From assembly GCA_044892525.1 (NCBI GenBank), contig CM097886.1, positions 47,120,001 through 47,184,000 of the forward strand: DNA of 64,000 bases. Reading direction: 5' to 3'. Positions 13,901 through 26,400 of the stretch are shown here, in pieces; within the stretch, counting starts at the first letter, position 1; every line of letters starts with the position of its first letter. The notes below the pieces were generated by a model. It saw nothing but the letters and a program-made list of their open reading frames with translations. It was not told the DNA's origin and did not search any database. Made by a program: the position numbers and the translations under genes. This DNA is from Schmidtea polychroa. Taxonomy: Eukaryota.

Positions 13901-14285
13901 GCTGAACTATTTGGGGCGACACGGTATTTGGAAAAAGTATAGAAAATACCAGAAGCAGAAATAACAATTTATCCCGAATGCTGAACTATCAATGATAAAA
14001 ATAGAACTATCAATTTTCAACAAGTGCGGACTATGGAAGCAAAAGTTTTCCTAATGGAATCAGAACATTTAGTAGTTGAGAAAATAATTCAGAATCAAAC
14101 ATTAGAGAAATTTTCGACACGAATTAATTATATAAGTTGAGGACTTACTATAGTCACCTAAGATGACATGAAAATGTGAAACAACTTGGTCATTGCGAAT
14201 ATTTGATTATATTGAGTTAGGTATAGTAAAAAATGTATTTATTTATTTAAAATAAACAATATAGCAATTATAAATTAAATTATTC

Positions 14286-15256
14286 GGCTATAGTGAACAA
14301 AGGGGTACTGATTTTTTATAAATTATAAAAAAAAATTAAAAAAAATTAATAAATAAATTAAAATAATATAAAATAAAAACAAAATAAAACAGTTAAATTA
14401 TTTTTAAATCACATTCCACTCAGATATATGTAATACAACAGCATCAAATGTGTTTTTTGTCGTTGAAACTTATTTTCAGTGGTTCCATACATATAATTAA
14501 ATTTTTGCTTGACCGAACTCCAAGCTGCTTCAACATTATTGGTATGTATACAAGTTTGAATTTTTAAATTCTAGGGAATGATTAGCAACACAGTGATAAA
14601 AAGGAGCCAATGGCATTTCAATTCCTGGTGGATAATTCGGACCGCCAGTATATGTTGAATACTTATCAAACCATTTTGTTGTCCCCACAACAACAAATCT
14701 TTGCAATATCGGAAATAGTGTAATCATTTTTCTGTTATTCACGAGTTCTAGATGATTTAATCCCGTTTTCTTATCCCATATACCGAACACCAACATTTTC
14801 CTCACCACATTTCCCCTAGCATATCCCCGATTTAATTAGAGTTTTACAAATTTTGATTCGTCGATTTTGACGATCTTGTTTAACCCTACAAAGATAATAG
14901 AGTTTAAAAGTAACCAATGCGAACACACATCACTAAAATAACAATACCATTGAATTATAGTTTTATTACTTAGGCCAGTTTCAAGCATAAGACACTTAAC
15001 TTGTGTTTCAAAACTCCATTCAAACTTCCTGTTGTAATACCTTTTTTGAAATAATATTTTCTACTTTCTTTTTGACTTTTAATTAATAATATTTTTCATA
15101 ACATAATGCTCTATTAAGCAATAAAGTTCAAAATAAGTACAGAATATATTTTAAATAGTTAAGTCAAACAAGTATTTCCAAATTTATTATTTTTTAAATT
15201 AATTTTTGATTAAAATTTAATTATAAAAAGTCAGTACCTCTTTTTTCACTGTAGCC
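14286..15256 (-). mobile_element. Merlin element, internally deleted, with DDE transposase remnant
   Basis: TIR of about 30 bp (GGCTAtAGTGAAcAAAGgGGTACTGA); TSD AATTATTC/CATTATTC (7/8); minus frame KIDESKF..VFGIWDKKTG..TLFPILQRFV..HCVANHSLEF fits the ISXO2/Merlin core. Confidence 0.85.
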
Positions 15257-15349
15257 CATTATTCTAAATTATTTATTAAATTTTTTAATAATAGACTTTT
15301 TCAAATCTTTCTATTAAGAAGACTATGCTGAAAGGTTGACACTTTCCGG

Positions 15350-16420
15350 CCAATCTATTTCTAGATTAAATGAATCAATCACTTTGTTTATATTGTTGCT
15401 TTCAGAAGCATCTTCTTGTACATGTTCGTTCCTATTATTATAAGTACGTCAAGATCATGCTTATTCATTTCAATTAATTTTTAGATGCGTCGTTAGAAGA
15501 TGTTTCGATGATGATCTTTAAATGACTTGGTGATATTTCAGTCAAGCAGTTGGAAATACGGTGTCTTGCTTGGAGTTAACTCTGAGTTAAACTGCGAAAT
15601 CTATATTTTCAGACACGAATAACTTTGTTCCATGGCAAGTCAATTTATCCAAAAATAATGACGCTTTCGCAGGAAGATTTTTTAATAAAATATTTTGTTA
15701 CTTCAGGAATATATTGTTCCGTAAACCATTTCTAAAGGTTTTTTAGAGTCTACCATGCAATATTTGGATGGTAGGCCGTATAAAGAAATCGTTATGTCTT
15801 TACAACATCTTGGCATATTGCTTTTACGATCATTATCGTGGGTAATTTATATATTCCAGTTGCATTCTCACAGAGCATTAGAGTCAGTAACATTTCTATA
15901 AACACCGAACTTGTGAAGCATTACAAGAAAGTTTCTAACCAGATATGGTTAAAATATGAATACCGTTTCTCATTTTAAAGTTGGTCAAACATCCACCACT
16001 CCAAACAATTTGTTTATTACACCTCTTTAAGCATGTATCTCGTTGGCTTTCAATCGGAGAATTTTATTGTTGACAATATTTTAAAATTTTGATGATGAAA
16101 ATCAAGAATACAAAAATCTTTTCAATGTAGAGAATTTCGGCTGATTCATTCTGTATTTGATTTTTGGGGACTTCGTGAGAATATGAGATTCTACATTTTC
16201 CTTATTTTTAATTATTTTTGAAACGATGGATTTCTCCACTTTATATTTCATACACCACTTTTTTGCCTTCACTTCTTTTTCAATTAAACGTAATTGTGTT
16301 TCCTTGGACACAAAGTTAACGGAAGGGGTATTAAGACAAACAGAAAGAAAGTTGAAGAAATTGAAAAATCTGAAATACCAAATGTTTGAAACAGTTAAAG
16401 TCGTTTCTAGGATTGACAAA
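15350..16420 (-). mobile_element. pogo/Tigger (CENP-B-like) transposase remnant
   Basis: HTH-like KYKVEKSIVSKIIKNKE (ORF 16102-16419), then degraded TLMLCENATGIYKLP..KWFTEQYIPEV typical of DDE_1; many stops. Confidence 0.7.
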
Positions 16421-16489
16421 CTACCACAGATGATTTTTTAAAAACTATCCCAGAATCATAAAACCATTATATTCTGAAAGTTATATGCT

Positions 16490-16748
16490 GACAGTTTCCA
16501 AGTACTGAAGGAAAGATTGTGCGAGGCACCTATTCTCGACTATCCAAGAGAAGGAAGGACATTTATCTTAGACACAGATGCTAGTTTGAAGTTATTGGAG
16601 CGGATTTGAGTCTAATTAAAGAAGACAGAGAAGAATTTGTAATTGCTTATCTTTCATAAATAGATGAAAAGGCTAAATGTGTAACAAAAACAAAGCTCCT
16701 GACTGTACATGAATATGTCATGCATTTTAGAGATAACCTGTACGTGAG
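16490..16748 (+). mobile_element. Gypsy/Ty3 RT-RNase H fragment
   Basis: SFQVLKERLCEAPILDYP..FILDTDAS..IGADLS..VIAY..CVTKTKLL..VMHFR, the typical Gypsy RNase H motifs. Confidence 0.82.
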
Positions 16749-17371
16749 AATTTAACTACAATTTCCCAATAAATTTAAATTAACGACATTAAAATTACTT
16801 TTAAATTAATTTAATTAAAATTAGAAATTTGTTAAAGAAACAACTATAAAATCATAAAACAGTGAAAAATTGCCACAAAATTCATTCAGAAAAAAGAGAT
16901 TTTTATAATTTCAGTATATATAATAAAAAACTAATTCATGAAATTAATTTTTCAAACAAGTTTCATTTTTTCATTATTAAGCCGACGTCTACTGTGCATG
17001 ACAATGAAAAAACAACTTCAAAATTCATCAATCATTATTAATTGGTTACACATGTAAAAAATTGATTATTATTTAAAAATTTTCGAAATAATAGAAAATA
17101 TAAATTTCAAATAAATAATTTTTGTCTGTTTCGTCAAATTTTTAATGAAATAAACATTTAAAATTGAAAAAAAAATCTAATATTACCAATATTATTTTAA
17201 TCCTTAGATAATTATTCTATTATTCTATTTTGTTGTTTGAAACTATTAAATTTGATCGACACGTTTCTGTATTGGTTCTAAATTCATTTGTAATATTTTT
17301 TAATACTTCAATAAATATTTATTAATACTTTAATATTGTTTTACAAATGTATATTTTGTTATTAAAATGAT

Positions 17372-17457
<86 letters not shown>

Positions 17458-17589
17458 AAATTAATAATAATTAAAAGATTAATTAAATATTAAGAATAAA
17501 CTAAATAATTAATAAAATGTTATAAATAAACTAATTAAATAAATAGTTAAACATACATGGCGATGATTTAATTATAAGATAACGCCAAT

Positions 17590-19215
17590 CAAACATTCTT
17601 TTCACGATATATTTCGACAGTTTTCCTGTCATCATCAGGTGGGATATAATAACTATATAAATAAAGGATTTTAAACAAATTTATTAATTATATAAAAAAA
17701 ATTTTTATTTAATAAAAACTTTTAATTATTTTTAAAATTATAATTAAATTAATATATATTATTTATATTATTTTTAAAATTTTAGCATTCAGAATTTAAA
17801 TTAATAATTTAAAAAATTTAATTAATTATTTAATTTAACACAACAATCAATACACACAATATACAAAAAAAAATATTTAAAAACATTTAAAATACAATTA
17901 ATCACTGCATTCTGCACATTAATTTTCGGATTCAATGACTTTATCAACAACGGCTCACAAATCACACGTCCCCAATAATTATCGAAATTTTTTAAAAAAA
18001 TTTTAAAATCAGACATACCTATTTTAATCTTACAGCCCTTATTGTGCTCACTAATATGGGTCAAAGCCTTCGGTCTATAATGTTCTCGAACTCGAATACA
18101 GAGATGACAAGAAGTCTCTCCAATGTATGTTGCATTACACCCATCGATTACTGATAAACGAGATCGGAACACAATTCAACCGGAGTTTTTGACTTATTAA
18201 TAAAAATATTGCGTACTTTCCATGTAGTTGACACTATCCTATAGTTTAAATTTCCTAACTGCTTTCTTATCTTCACTTTACAATCCTTAAAACATTCTGA
18301 GTACGACAATACTAACACAAATTTAGACTTATCATGCTTGTTCACACTATTGAATTTATTTAACTATGAGACTCACACACCTCAACAACATCACACCCAG
18401 ATTTTCTCAAACATGGATCCTTAGGATTTTTAATAAATTTGTCAACAGTCTCTTTTACCATAATTAATAAAAAGGATTTTGAATAACCGTTCTTCATTAA
18501 CAATTCAACCAATTTGTCAACACTTTTTACTGAATTTTCAAAAGTAGAATTTTCACCATATTTCTTTTATACTTGAATTCACAAAAACTTTTGGATGTAG
18601 TATAGAGACCAGTATCAGTTGGTTTTCTATAAATCTCTGTCTCATAGTGTTTCTCTTTGCGTTGTATTTACAGATCCAAAAAAGCAAGTGATGATTGTTT
18701 CTTTGTTTCACATGTGAATACAATGTTTTTATGTAGACTATCCATATAATGCATAAACGAATCAACATGCCTCTGATTTTCAAATATAAGAAAAATATCA
18801 TCCACATACCGCTTATAAACAGTGGGTTTCATATATTGGAAAGATGCAATTTATTTTATGCAATTTATTTATGCAATATTAAGCTTGATAAAGAAATTGG
18901 AGCCATCGTTAGTGGTAAAGGAGAACCCATAGCAACTCCATCTATTTGTTGATACCATTCATTATTGAAAAGAAAATTGATTTTTGAAGTAGCAAATACA
19001 AGAAGTTCACGAAATGCTCTTCCATCTAAAATATGGCGTTCAGAAATGTTTTCATTCCATAACAAGCAACATAATTCAAAAGGCCTCAACCAATGGTACA
19101 TTAGTAAAAAGTCTACAAACATCAAACGAAACCATAATTTCATCCACACTTTGTCTATCGTATTGTGCAATGCAGGAAACAAATTCAAAACTATCTTTAC
19201 ATTCAAATTCTGATC
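17590..19215 (-). mobile_element. Penelope-like retroelement, 5'-truncated and frameshifted (RT plus GIY-YIG endonuclease)
   Basis: FNNEWYQQIDGVAMGSP, KRYVDDIF (YVDD at 18797-18808), CNATYIGETSCHLCIRVREH..EHNKGC..CEPLLIKSLNPKIN; AT-rich 3' UTR ending in a hammerhead-containing terminus. Confidence 0.92.
17603..17641 (-). ncRNA. Minimal type I hammerhead ribozyme at the PLE terminus
   Basis: Minus strand CAC-CUGAUGA-U-GACAG-GAAAA-CUGUC-GAAA-UAUAUC-GUG: intact core, 5-bp stem II, palindromic mini stem III, AUC cleavage triplet, 3-bp stem I (CAC/GUG). Confidence 0.8.
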
Positions 19216-19245
19216 GTATTAATTTTGTTTCATCAATTCTTTCCT

Positions 19246-19446
19246 TTTGCTACTACTATGTATATTGTTATCCAAGATGTTCTGTCGATTTATGATTCAG
19301 GAAGAACTACCGGCATTATTTTAGATTCCGGAGATGTTGTAATACATACTATGCCAATTTATGAAGGTTATGCGTTGCCTAATGCCAAATTATAGAATGA
19401 ATTTGACTGGAAAAGATTTGACAGATTATATGATGAAAATTTAACT
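19246..19446 (+). pseudogene. act: Actin pseudogene fragment (about residues 127-194)
   Basis: [63 protein letters not shown](L)T matches actin [32 protein letters not shown], with two 1-nt indels. Confidence 0.92.
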
Positions 19447-20455
19447 TTCTTACCCATAAGACGAATTCTACAATAGTGATTAATTTTTTTTTAAATTTCA
19501 ACATACTATGTACTTGCTTTATTTCTCAAGGTATGGAGACTTAATTTGTGTGATTGAACATAAAAATGCTTTCATAAAACTTGCATCCAAAGAAAAATTA
19601 TTAACATTTTAACTATAGAAACCAATAACTTTTTATCCAGGGTTAGAGACTATTATTTTAAAATTTCAATGGAAAAAAATCAAATTTTGAACGGTTAACT
19701 AAATGACACAATTGGCTATATCTAGTTGTATGTAAAATATGGTAAGATAGAATAAAATAAATGCAAATTATTTTAATTTTTGAACTTAATTTTTTCAGTT
19801 AGAATCTAGGCGGCAGTTAATGAAACTAATGAAATGCTAATAAGTTCTCACATAAAAGACAATTTATCACAATTAATTTGGTTGAAATTGTTTTTGTAAT
19901 TCTAAATTATGTCAATTTTGAAATAGCAAATATCTCACAAATTTAAGTTAAAATAATTTGGAAATTTTTTGAACAATAAATCTGCATTTCATTCGTTTTG
20001 CAACCTTTTTCCTATTTTTACCAAATATATAATTTTTTCTACACCTAAAAAATACATAAGTGGGTTTTAAATTTTGAATCTAAAAATTGCTTCATAGTCA
20101 ATTGTCTTTTCATATATTTAACAAAATCATTTGAATTTTTTTCATTCATTTACTTAGTGAAAACCAATTGTACCCCACAAACTGTCAATTTTTAAAATCA
20201 CTGTTAACTTTTACAAAATTTTAGTAAAATTAATTTATTAACTTAAAATATTTACTTATAAAAATAATAAGATTTACATTAAATAAATTATTTTTGAGTA
20301 ACTTGTTTAATTCCATAATGTTTAAATATAGTGTTATTCTTAATATTTAAATTTAGAATTTAAAATTTTAGAAATCTTTGAAAATTTCCAAAATAATTCA
20401 TTATTCTTAATTTCAAATATATTTTTATCTTATAAGATATTAATTTCAATTGAAA

Positions 20456-23400
20456 ATGATTTTAAAATTTGGAATTTCTTTAACTTTTATTATTTCAATT
20501 TTGTGTGAAGAGCATATTCCAAGATCTTTTGATCCCGATTCAGTAAATATCCATCAAAAAATATCAAAACAGTCACAAAACCCTCCACCAATTACTAAAG
20601 ATACTGGTAAAATTAATGATGAAAGTGCAATTATTATATTCAATGGTACAATTTCATTTTAGAAGGATCATTACCAATAAAGCCTATATTATCAGAGAAA
20701 CTTATCCCAAATGTAGATAGCAAAATAAATCCAACAGATACAATAAGTGGAGGAGCATATTATATTCATAACCCATCATATATAACCTTTACTTTAATTG
20801 TTCCATCTCAAAGTGTAGATTGCTATTATTACACCGCAACGGATTCATTTGAAATTGATTATCAAGTATTCTAATAATTTATAACCAACTAATTTCAATA
20901 ATAAATGAAAGGTTCTAAAGGGAGGTGACTATGACATAGCACTTGGCGTTTATGATTACAGCAACAGAAAAGTCGCTTTTCAAAAATCCTCAAATGATGG
21001 GAACATAAAGTAAATTTTAATTTTTGACCTGGGTTATTTTGATCAATAATTGCTCGCGTTTTGGTTTAGAAGGGGCATTTAACATTTTTATGCTTTGGTT
21101 AAAAAAACTTTATTATATAATACATATATAATTTATATTACATATATATTGAATTGTTTCTCGGGCTGTATGGAATGTGAGACCGTCTTCAACACCATAT
21201 CTTGCAATTTAGATACAAATAACTATTGTCATGTCGTGATAGCGACCACAATAAACTGAAATTGCCTGACAAACCGCATTTTCAAAGAATAGTCCGATGA
21301 TGTCTCCAGCCCATAATCTTAACCAAACATGGGAGTGCCAGCAATGCCGCGGAGGTCATTTACCTGATATGCTATTCCTTACATAACTCTATACCAGGGG
21401 TGGGGTACCTGCGGCCTCCGTACTTTACATTGTCCCGCCGAGTACAAAGAACGAAATATAAAATTCAATCATTCACACACATAAATACAAAACGTATATA
21501 GCCGAATAAATAAGATTATTGAGGAAATGATGACTTATTTGCATCAATCTTTCGATTCAGAAATAATAAACAAATTATACCGGTATCATGGTACGTCTTT
21601 ATCACGTTGTTGATGGATGTTCTTTGTATATTTCCAAGGAGACTTTGAATTTCTTTGACACTTTTACCACTTCCATACCACTGGATTATAAGTTGCCGTT
21701 TTTCTTCGGTTATTTTGTTTCTGGTCATTGGGATAAAAATTATGAATAATTAATAACTCAATGACTATATTGAATTATAAAATGGATATATTGAATAATA
21801 AAAATACATTTTTTGATGACTATATTGAGTGAAAAAATGACTGAAAAACCCTATATTTAAGATTTTAATAGCTATCGTACGAGTAAATAAAAATACATAC
21901 CTTATTACCAATTGAGTACCAATAATTGGTTAGTTTAGTCTTCAGACAACGGGAAGGGGCGTCAATTTGTTGTTAGCTTATGGCCTAAAAATATAAATTC
22001 GGTCCTGACTAAAAACAATGCCTAGTTAACGTTCAACAACAATATGAATACGATATTTATACACAACGACATTTACCGTTACGATGGAAACATAAATTTC
22101 CATGTCATCATAATATATTTTGGGAAATGTCAATAATTTCGGTGAACTATTTAACGCGAGTTGTGTAATGAAAACTTTGAATGGCAATAAACTTCAAAAA
22201 CATAAAATCTATATAAACAAGTTTGACTGCACTGCACTTTGAATTTTCTCTTAGTTTTCATGGCATGAAAAGTGTTTCCCGAAAGAAATCTATTTTCACA
22301 AAATTAGTAATAATCATTAAATATACTTATCAACATTTAAAATATCTTTAAAATGTAATTTATTATACCTCAATTGCTTCTATTAGATTATTACATCATC
22401 AGTGATCTAATAAAGCATTTTCGTTAAATGCTGAATAATCGGTATGAAAATCAACTTCGTACCCGCACACTAAATTAAAATATCAAAATAAATGAAGTAT
22501 TTCTAAATGTAAAATCATGTCAAAAATGAATAAAAAATAAATCTGGCATTTTTGGTCATATGAAAATGATTCTATTTCTATTTGTGCCACATCGTTATTT
22601 CGTTGAGGTTTTATTAAAATGGAATAACTAAAAGTTTTAAGAAAAAGCGTATTTAAAATAAAGATTATTCCATAAAATTTATTCAATAACTGAAGAAATC
22701 TAAGAAGTTCTCCAAAAAGCATATTATTAAGATCAAGAAAAAATATATTTGTAAAAACAGAATATTCAGATATACAGATAATACAATTTCAAAAAATATG
22801 AATCAGACAATTGTCTATTACAAAAATAATGTTGAACATTAGAATTTCAAGTGTAAATTATTTAGAAAATAAAATTAAAAACCTTTTCATTTCCCCGGCA
22901 AGCAAAATTTTGATACCTAAGTAACAAAACCTACACTAATTCTCCGAAACTGACACTACATTCGTTTTCGAATAGGAATTTAAAAAAATATGGAGTGAAG
23001 CGGAACCGAGTCGCACCTCCCCGCTTCTTCTAAATTTTTTAGTCACTGCTCCGGTCTTTATTCCAAGTAAATTTTCTGCTCCGAATCCCTGTTTTTTTCT
23101 ATCCTACAAAAAATGTTGAAATGCATAGTAAAACTAATATTTGAGTTATGCTTTTTAATGATTATGTTAATATTTGTAAATCTTAATAATTGAACCAAGG
23201 TTTTCATTTCACATAATAACATCAGTAAATTAGTTGTGTATTGTTTATCTATTATTGGATTGATTATTCGTGAAATACTTATCACGAAATAAGATTCCAT
23301 TATAAAATTAGTGTAATGGATTGTTTTTTAGAGTAATTGTGCCAAAAGACATGCTAAACAAAGATTATTCGATTTGTTTCGATAATTATCAATCAAGCCG

Positions 23401-26400
23401 TGACACAAAAAAAGTCTACATGATGATTGATGTGGCAAACGTTAACGCTATCAATACACCAGAATATGCTCAATTAAACAAATTGGATCTTATGCATGTA
23501 AGTTTGTCTTTAGTCATGAAATTCATATGAAAAAAATTAAATTAATTGTAACCATAAAATTTTACGTCATTTTTGGATAACGAGTAGTCGGACGTCGTCA
23601 TGATTCATTTCTTAATATCTTATTATTTGTAATTATGCTATTAATTTAATTTTTCTTTTAATCAAAACTTGAAATTAATATTTTTATAATACTTTATATA
23701 TTTTTTATATAATAATTTTAATTAATATAATTTTTAAACTTGGATTAAAATATTGAAAAATTAAATTTTTTGAGTTTATTTTTAATTTTGTTTAAATTGT
23801 TATATTTTTTGAAACATCAATTAAAAATAAGAAACGATAAAGAAAAGAATCAATTAAAGAGGAAGAGAGAGAGAAATATTTGTTAAATTTCGTATTGGAA
23901 TGAATATTATCTTTTAAGTAAACATTTAATAATAAGTTGTCATCCACTAAAATTAATAAATTTCATTGAACTACCGATCTTGGTTTCTTGCGTAAAAATC
24001 ATCGTTTCTGATAGTTATTCGTGCTGATTTCAAATCTGAAGTCCGTTATTTTTTATGTCGTCATAATTTGAATTGTGGCCAGGAGTAGAATCTTATTATT
24101 TATTATCAATTTTCCCCGTCTTTCTTTATTATGAATATAATTACATCTGTGAGCAAGAAATTTTATTAAATTGACAAAATCAGCAGAGTATTTGTATGTT
24201 TTACCACTTGTTCTCCCCTGAAGTTATTTTTATTAAAATGAGGTATTTTTTAAATTAAAATTAAAAAAACTGTCACATTTTCACTATAAAGCTTAAAAAT
24301 AATGTTATAATAAAGTCTAAAATAAATTCTCGATAAAAACCCATTGCTTTCCTAGGAAATTTATGACCTCAGGACTTTGTACGGGAATTTTTGGTCGCAT
24401 GAGATTTAAACTGGATTTTTGGTCTTAATAATTTTTTTAAGACAAAAATAATCTGTATTTTAAACAGTAATTCAGTTAGTGTAAAACACGTGTAATAGTA
24501 AATTTAAGTCGAATGACATTTATACAGGAAATTTTGAAGTCTCAATAAAAATCAGTAGTGATTTCGGTTCGTATGAAAGTTTGAATTAGAAATTGTGTGG
24601 TCGAATTTGATTTTTATGCACATATTTCAAAGGACTATTTCTTAAATAATGAGGCATGGTCTGAGTTTGAATGATATAATTTGAGTACAAATTATATTAA
24701 TTTAAATAAATAATAAATCGAGTAAGAGTTAAATTGACATAACATTTTTTTTAAATTAATCAAGAAAAGTCTGATAAATTCAAGAATCAACCAGATGATA
24801 TAATAATAAATTTTTTTAAAATTAGTCAAATTTGAATAGTTTAAAACAGTGTCATAATTTAGCCAGAATTTTTAGTTAAAATTATAAAATAATTTTTCTA
24901 GTACAATTAAATTAAAATAAAATCAACTAACCACAAGATGAATTTCTGTAAAAATGAAAGTATTGCCTAATTTCATGCTCCAAAACCTTCACAGGATAGG
25001 TACTACTACTAAGGTAATTTTCGTTTTCAGATATTATAGGGTGAATATATGTAATTTATGTACGAAAGTGAAAAATAATATATGGACGTGAGTGATTGGT
25101 TAGTTAGTGTAAAATATATATTTTTTGTAATAAAAAGTCGATCAAGTAAACTTTGATTAAATTGCTATTTGATGAATTAAATTTGAATAAAATAATTCTC
25201 AATTAACTAAGTTGTTAAGAATGAACCATTAGATAAGTTTCATAGTATTTAAAGTCTTTAAATTAATTTAATTAAGTTGTTAGATTTGAGATTTAATTTG
25301 TAAAGATTTAAATTATGTAATGTACCGGTCATATAATGTACAAATAATAAAAGTTATCTTTAAATTTTATATTAATTGTATTAAATTATGTAAAATTTAT
25401 TATAGTAAAAAACAATTAGTTTAAGTAAAAAGAGTAAACTAAGAAAACATGTCTATACAAAAAATTACAAGAAAATGATTCCAAATAATACGGATCGATC
25501 ATCAAAATCAATCCAAAGTCAAATACAGTTCAACATTCAATTTCGAATTCAATTACAAATCATATAAATAAACTTATTTTTAATCGATTTATTCAGTTTA
25601 AATGTGTAACATCACATATAACTTTGAATAAAAATAAATGTAATCGAATGATTTTTAAAGAAAACTTTAAGCATCAAGCGAATTGTTAATGAAGTTTTAC
25701 TCTTGGGACGAAAAATAATTAAAAATTTCAGGGGTTGATTGAGCTGAATTCTCAAGGACATAGATAATTGATTATACTTGTAGAATCATCCAATAAATAA
25801 TTAGGTGATAATTTGTAAAAATTATTCAAATCATTGTTAATAAATATCATTAAAAGATAATTAATATGCAAAATGAATAACATAATGATTTCAATAATAA
25901 TCATCCTAAATATGAATTATTAACCCTTTGGACGCGTAAAGTGACTATAGTCGGCCGAATTTAATAATTAAATAAATTTACCGCGTTGAAAGGGTAAAAG
26001 ATCTCCATTCAAAATTTTAATTAATTTAAATAATTTAATTTAATTATAAAATAAGATAAATTTATTTTTAGATTGAATAATTACATTACTTATTTAAATA
26101 TATCAATTTCTCTGTTCATAAATTTTTTAGATCATAAAATTACCATCTTAACATGTCCACAAATTACCAAATTTTATTTATTCAAAAGAAATGCGTGTTT
26201 TTCATTATTTAAAAAAATAGCCTTCTGAAATATGAGCATAAAAATCACATTCGACCACAATATTCTTATTCAAACTTTCATGTAACCAAGTATTTATAAT
26301 TCCATGTACAAAATCCTGAGGCCATAAATTTCCTAGAGTTTTTTATGAAGAATTATTTAGGCTTTCTTAGTGAGTGAAAGTTTGTAGTGAAATTCGAAAC

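Noticed and set aside
13380-14200. Purine-rich, gag-like stretch (a similar one at about 31650-32120)
   Set aside because: Possibly LTR-retrotransposon debris, but no CCHC, protease or LTR pair could be shown.
20607-20662. Apparent frameshift and stop in the TMED 5' region
   Set aside because: It is a 56-nt GT-AG phase-1 intron; splicing restores the frame.
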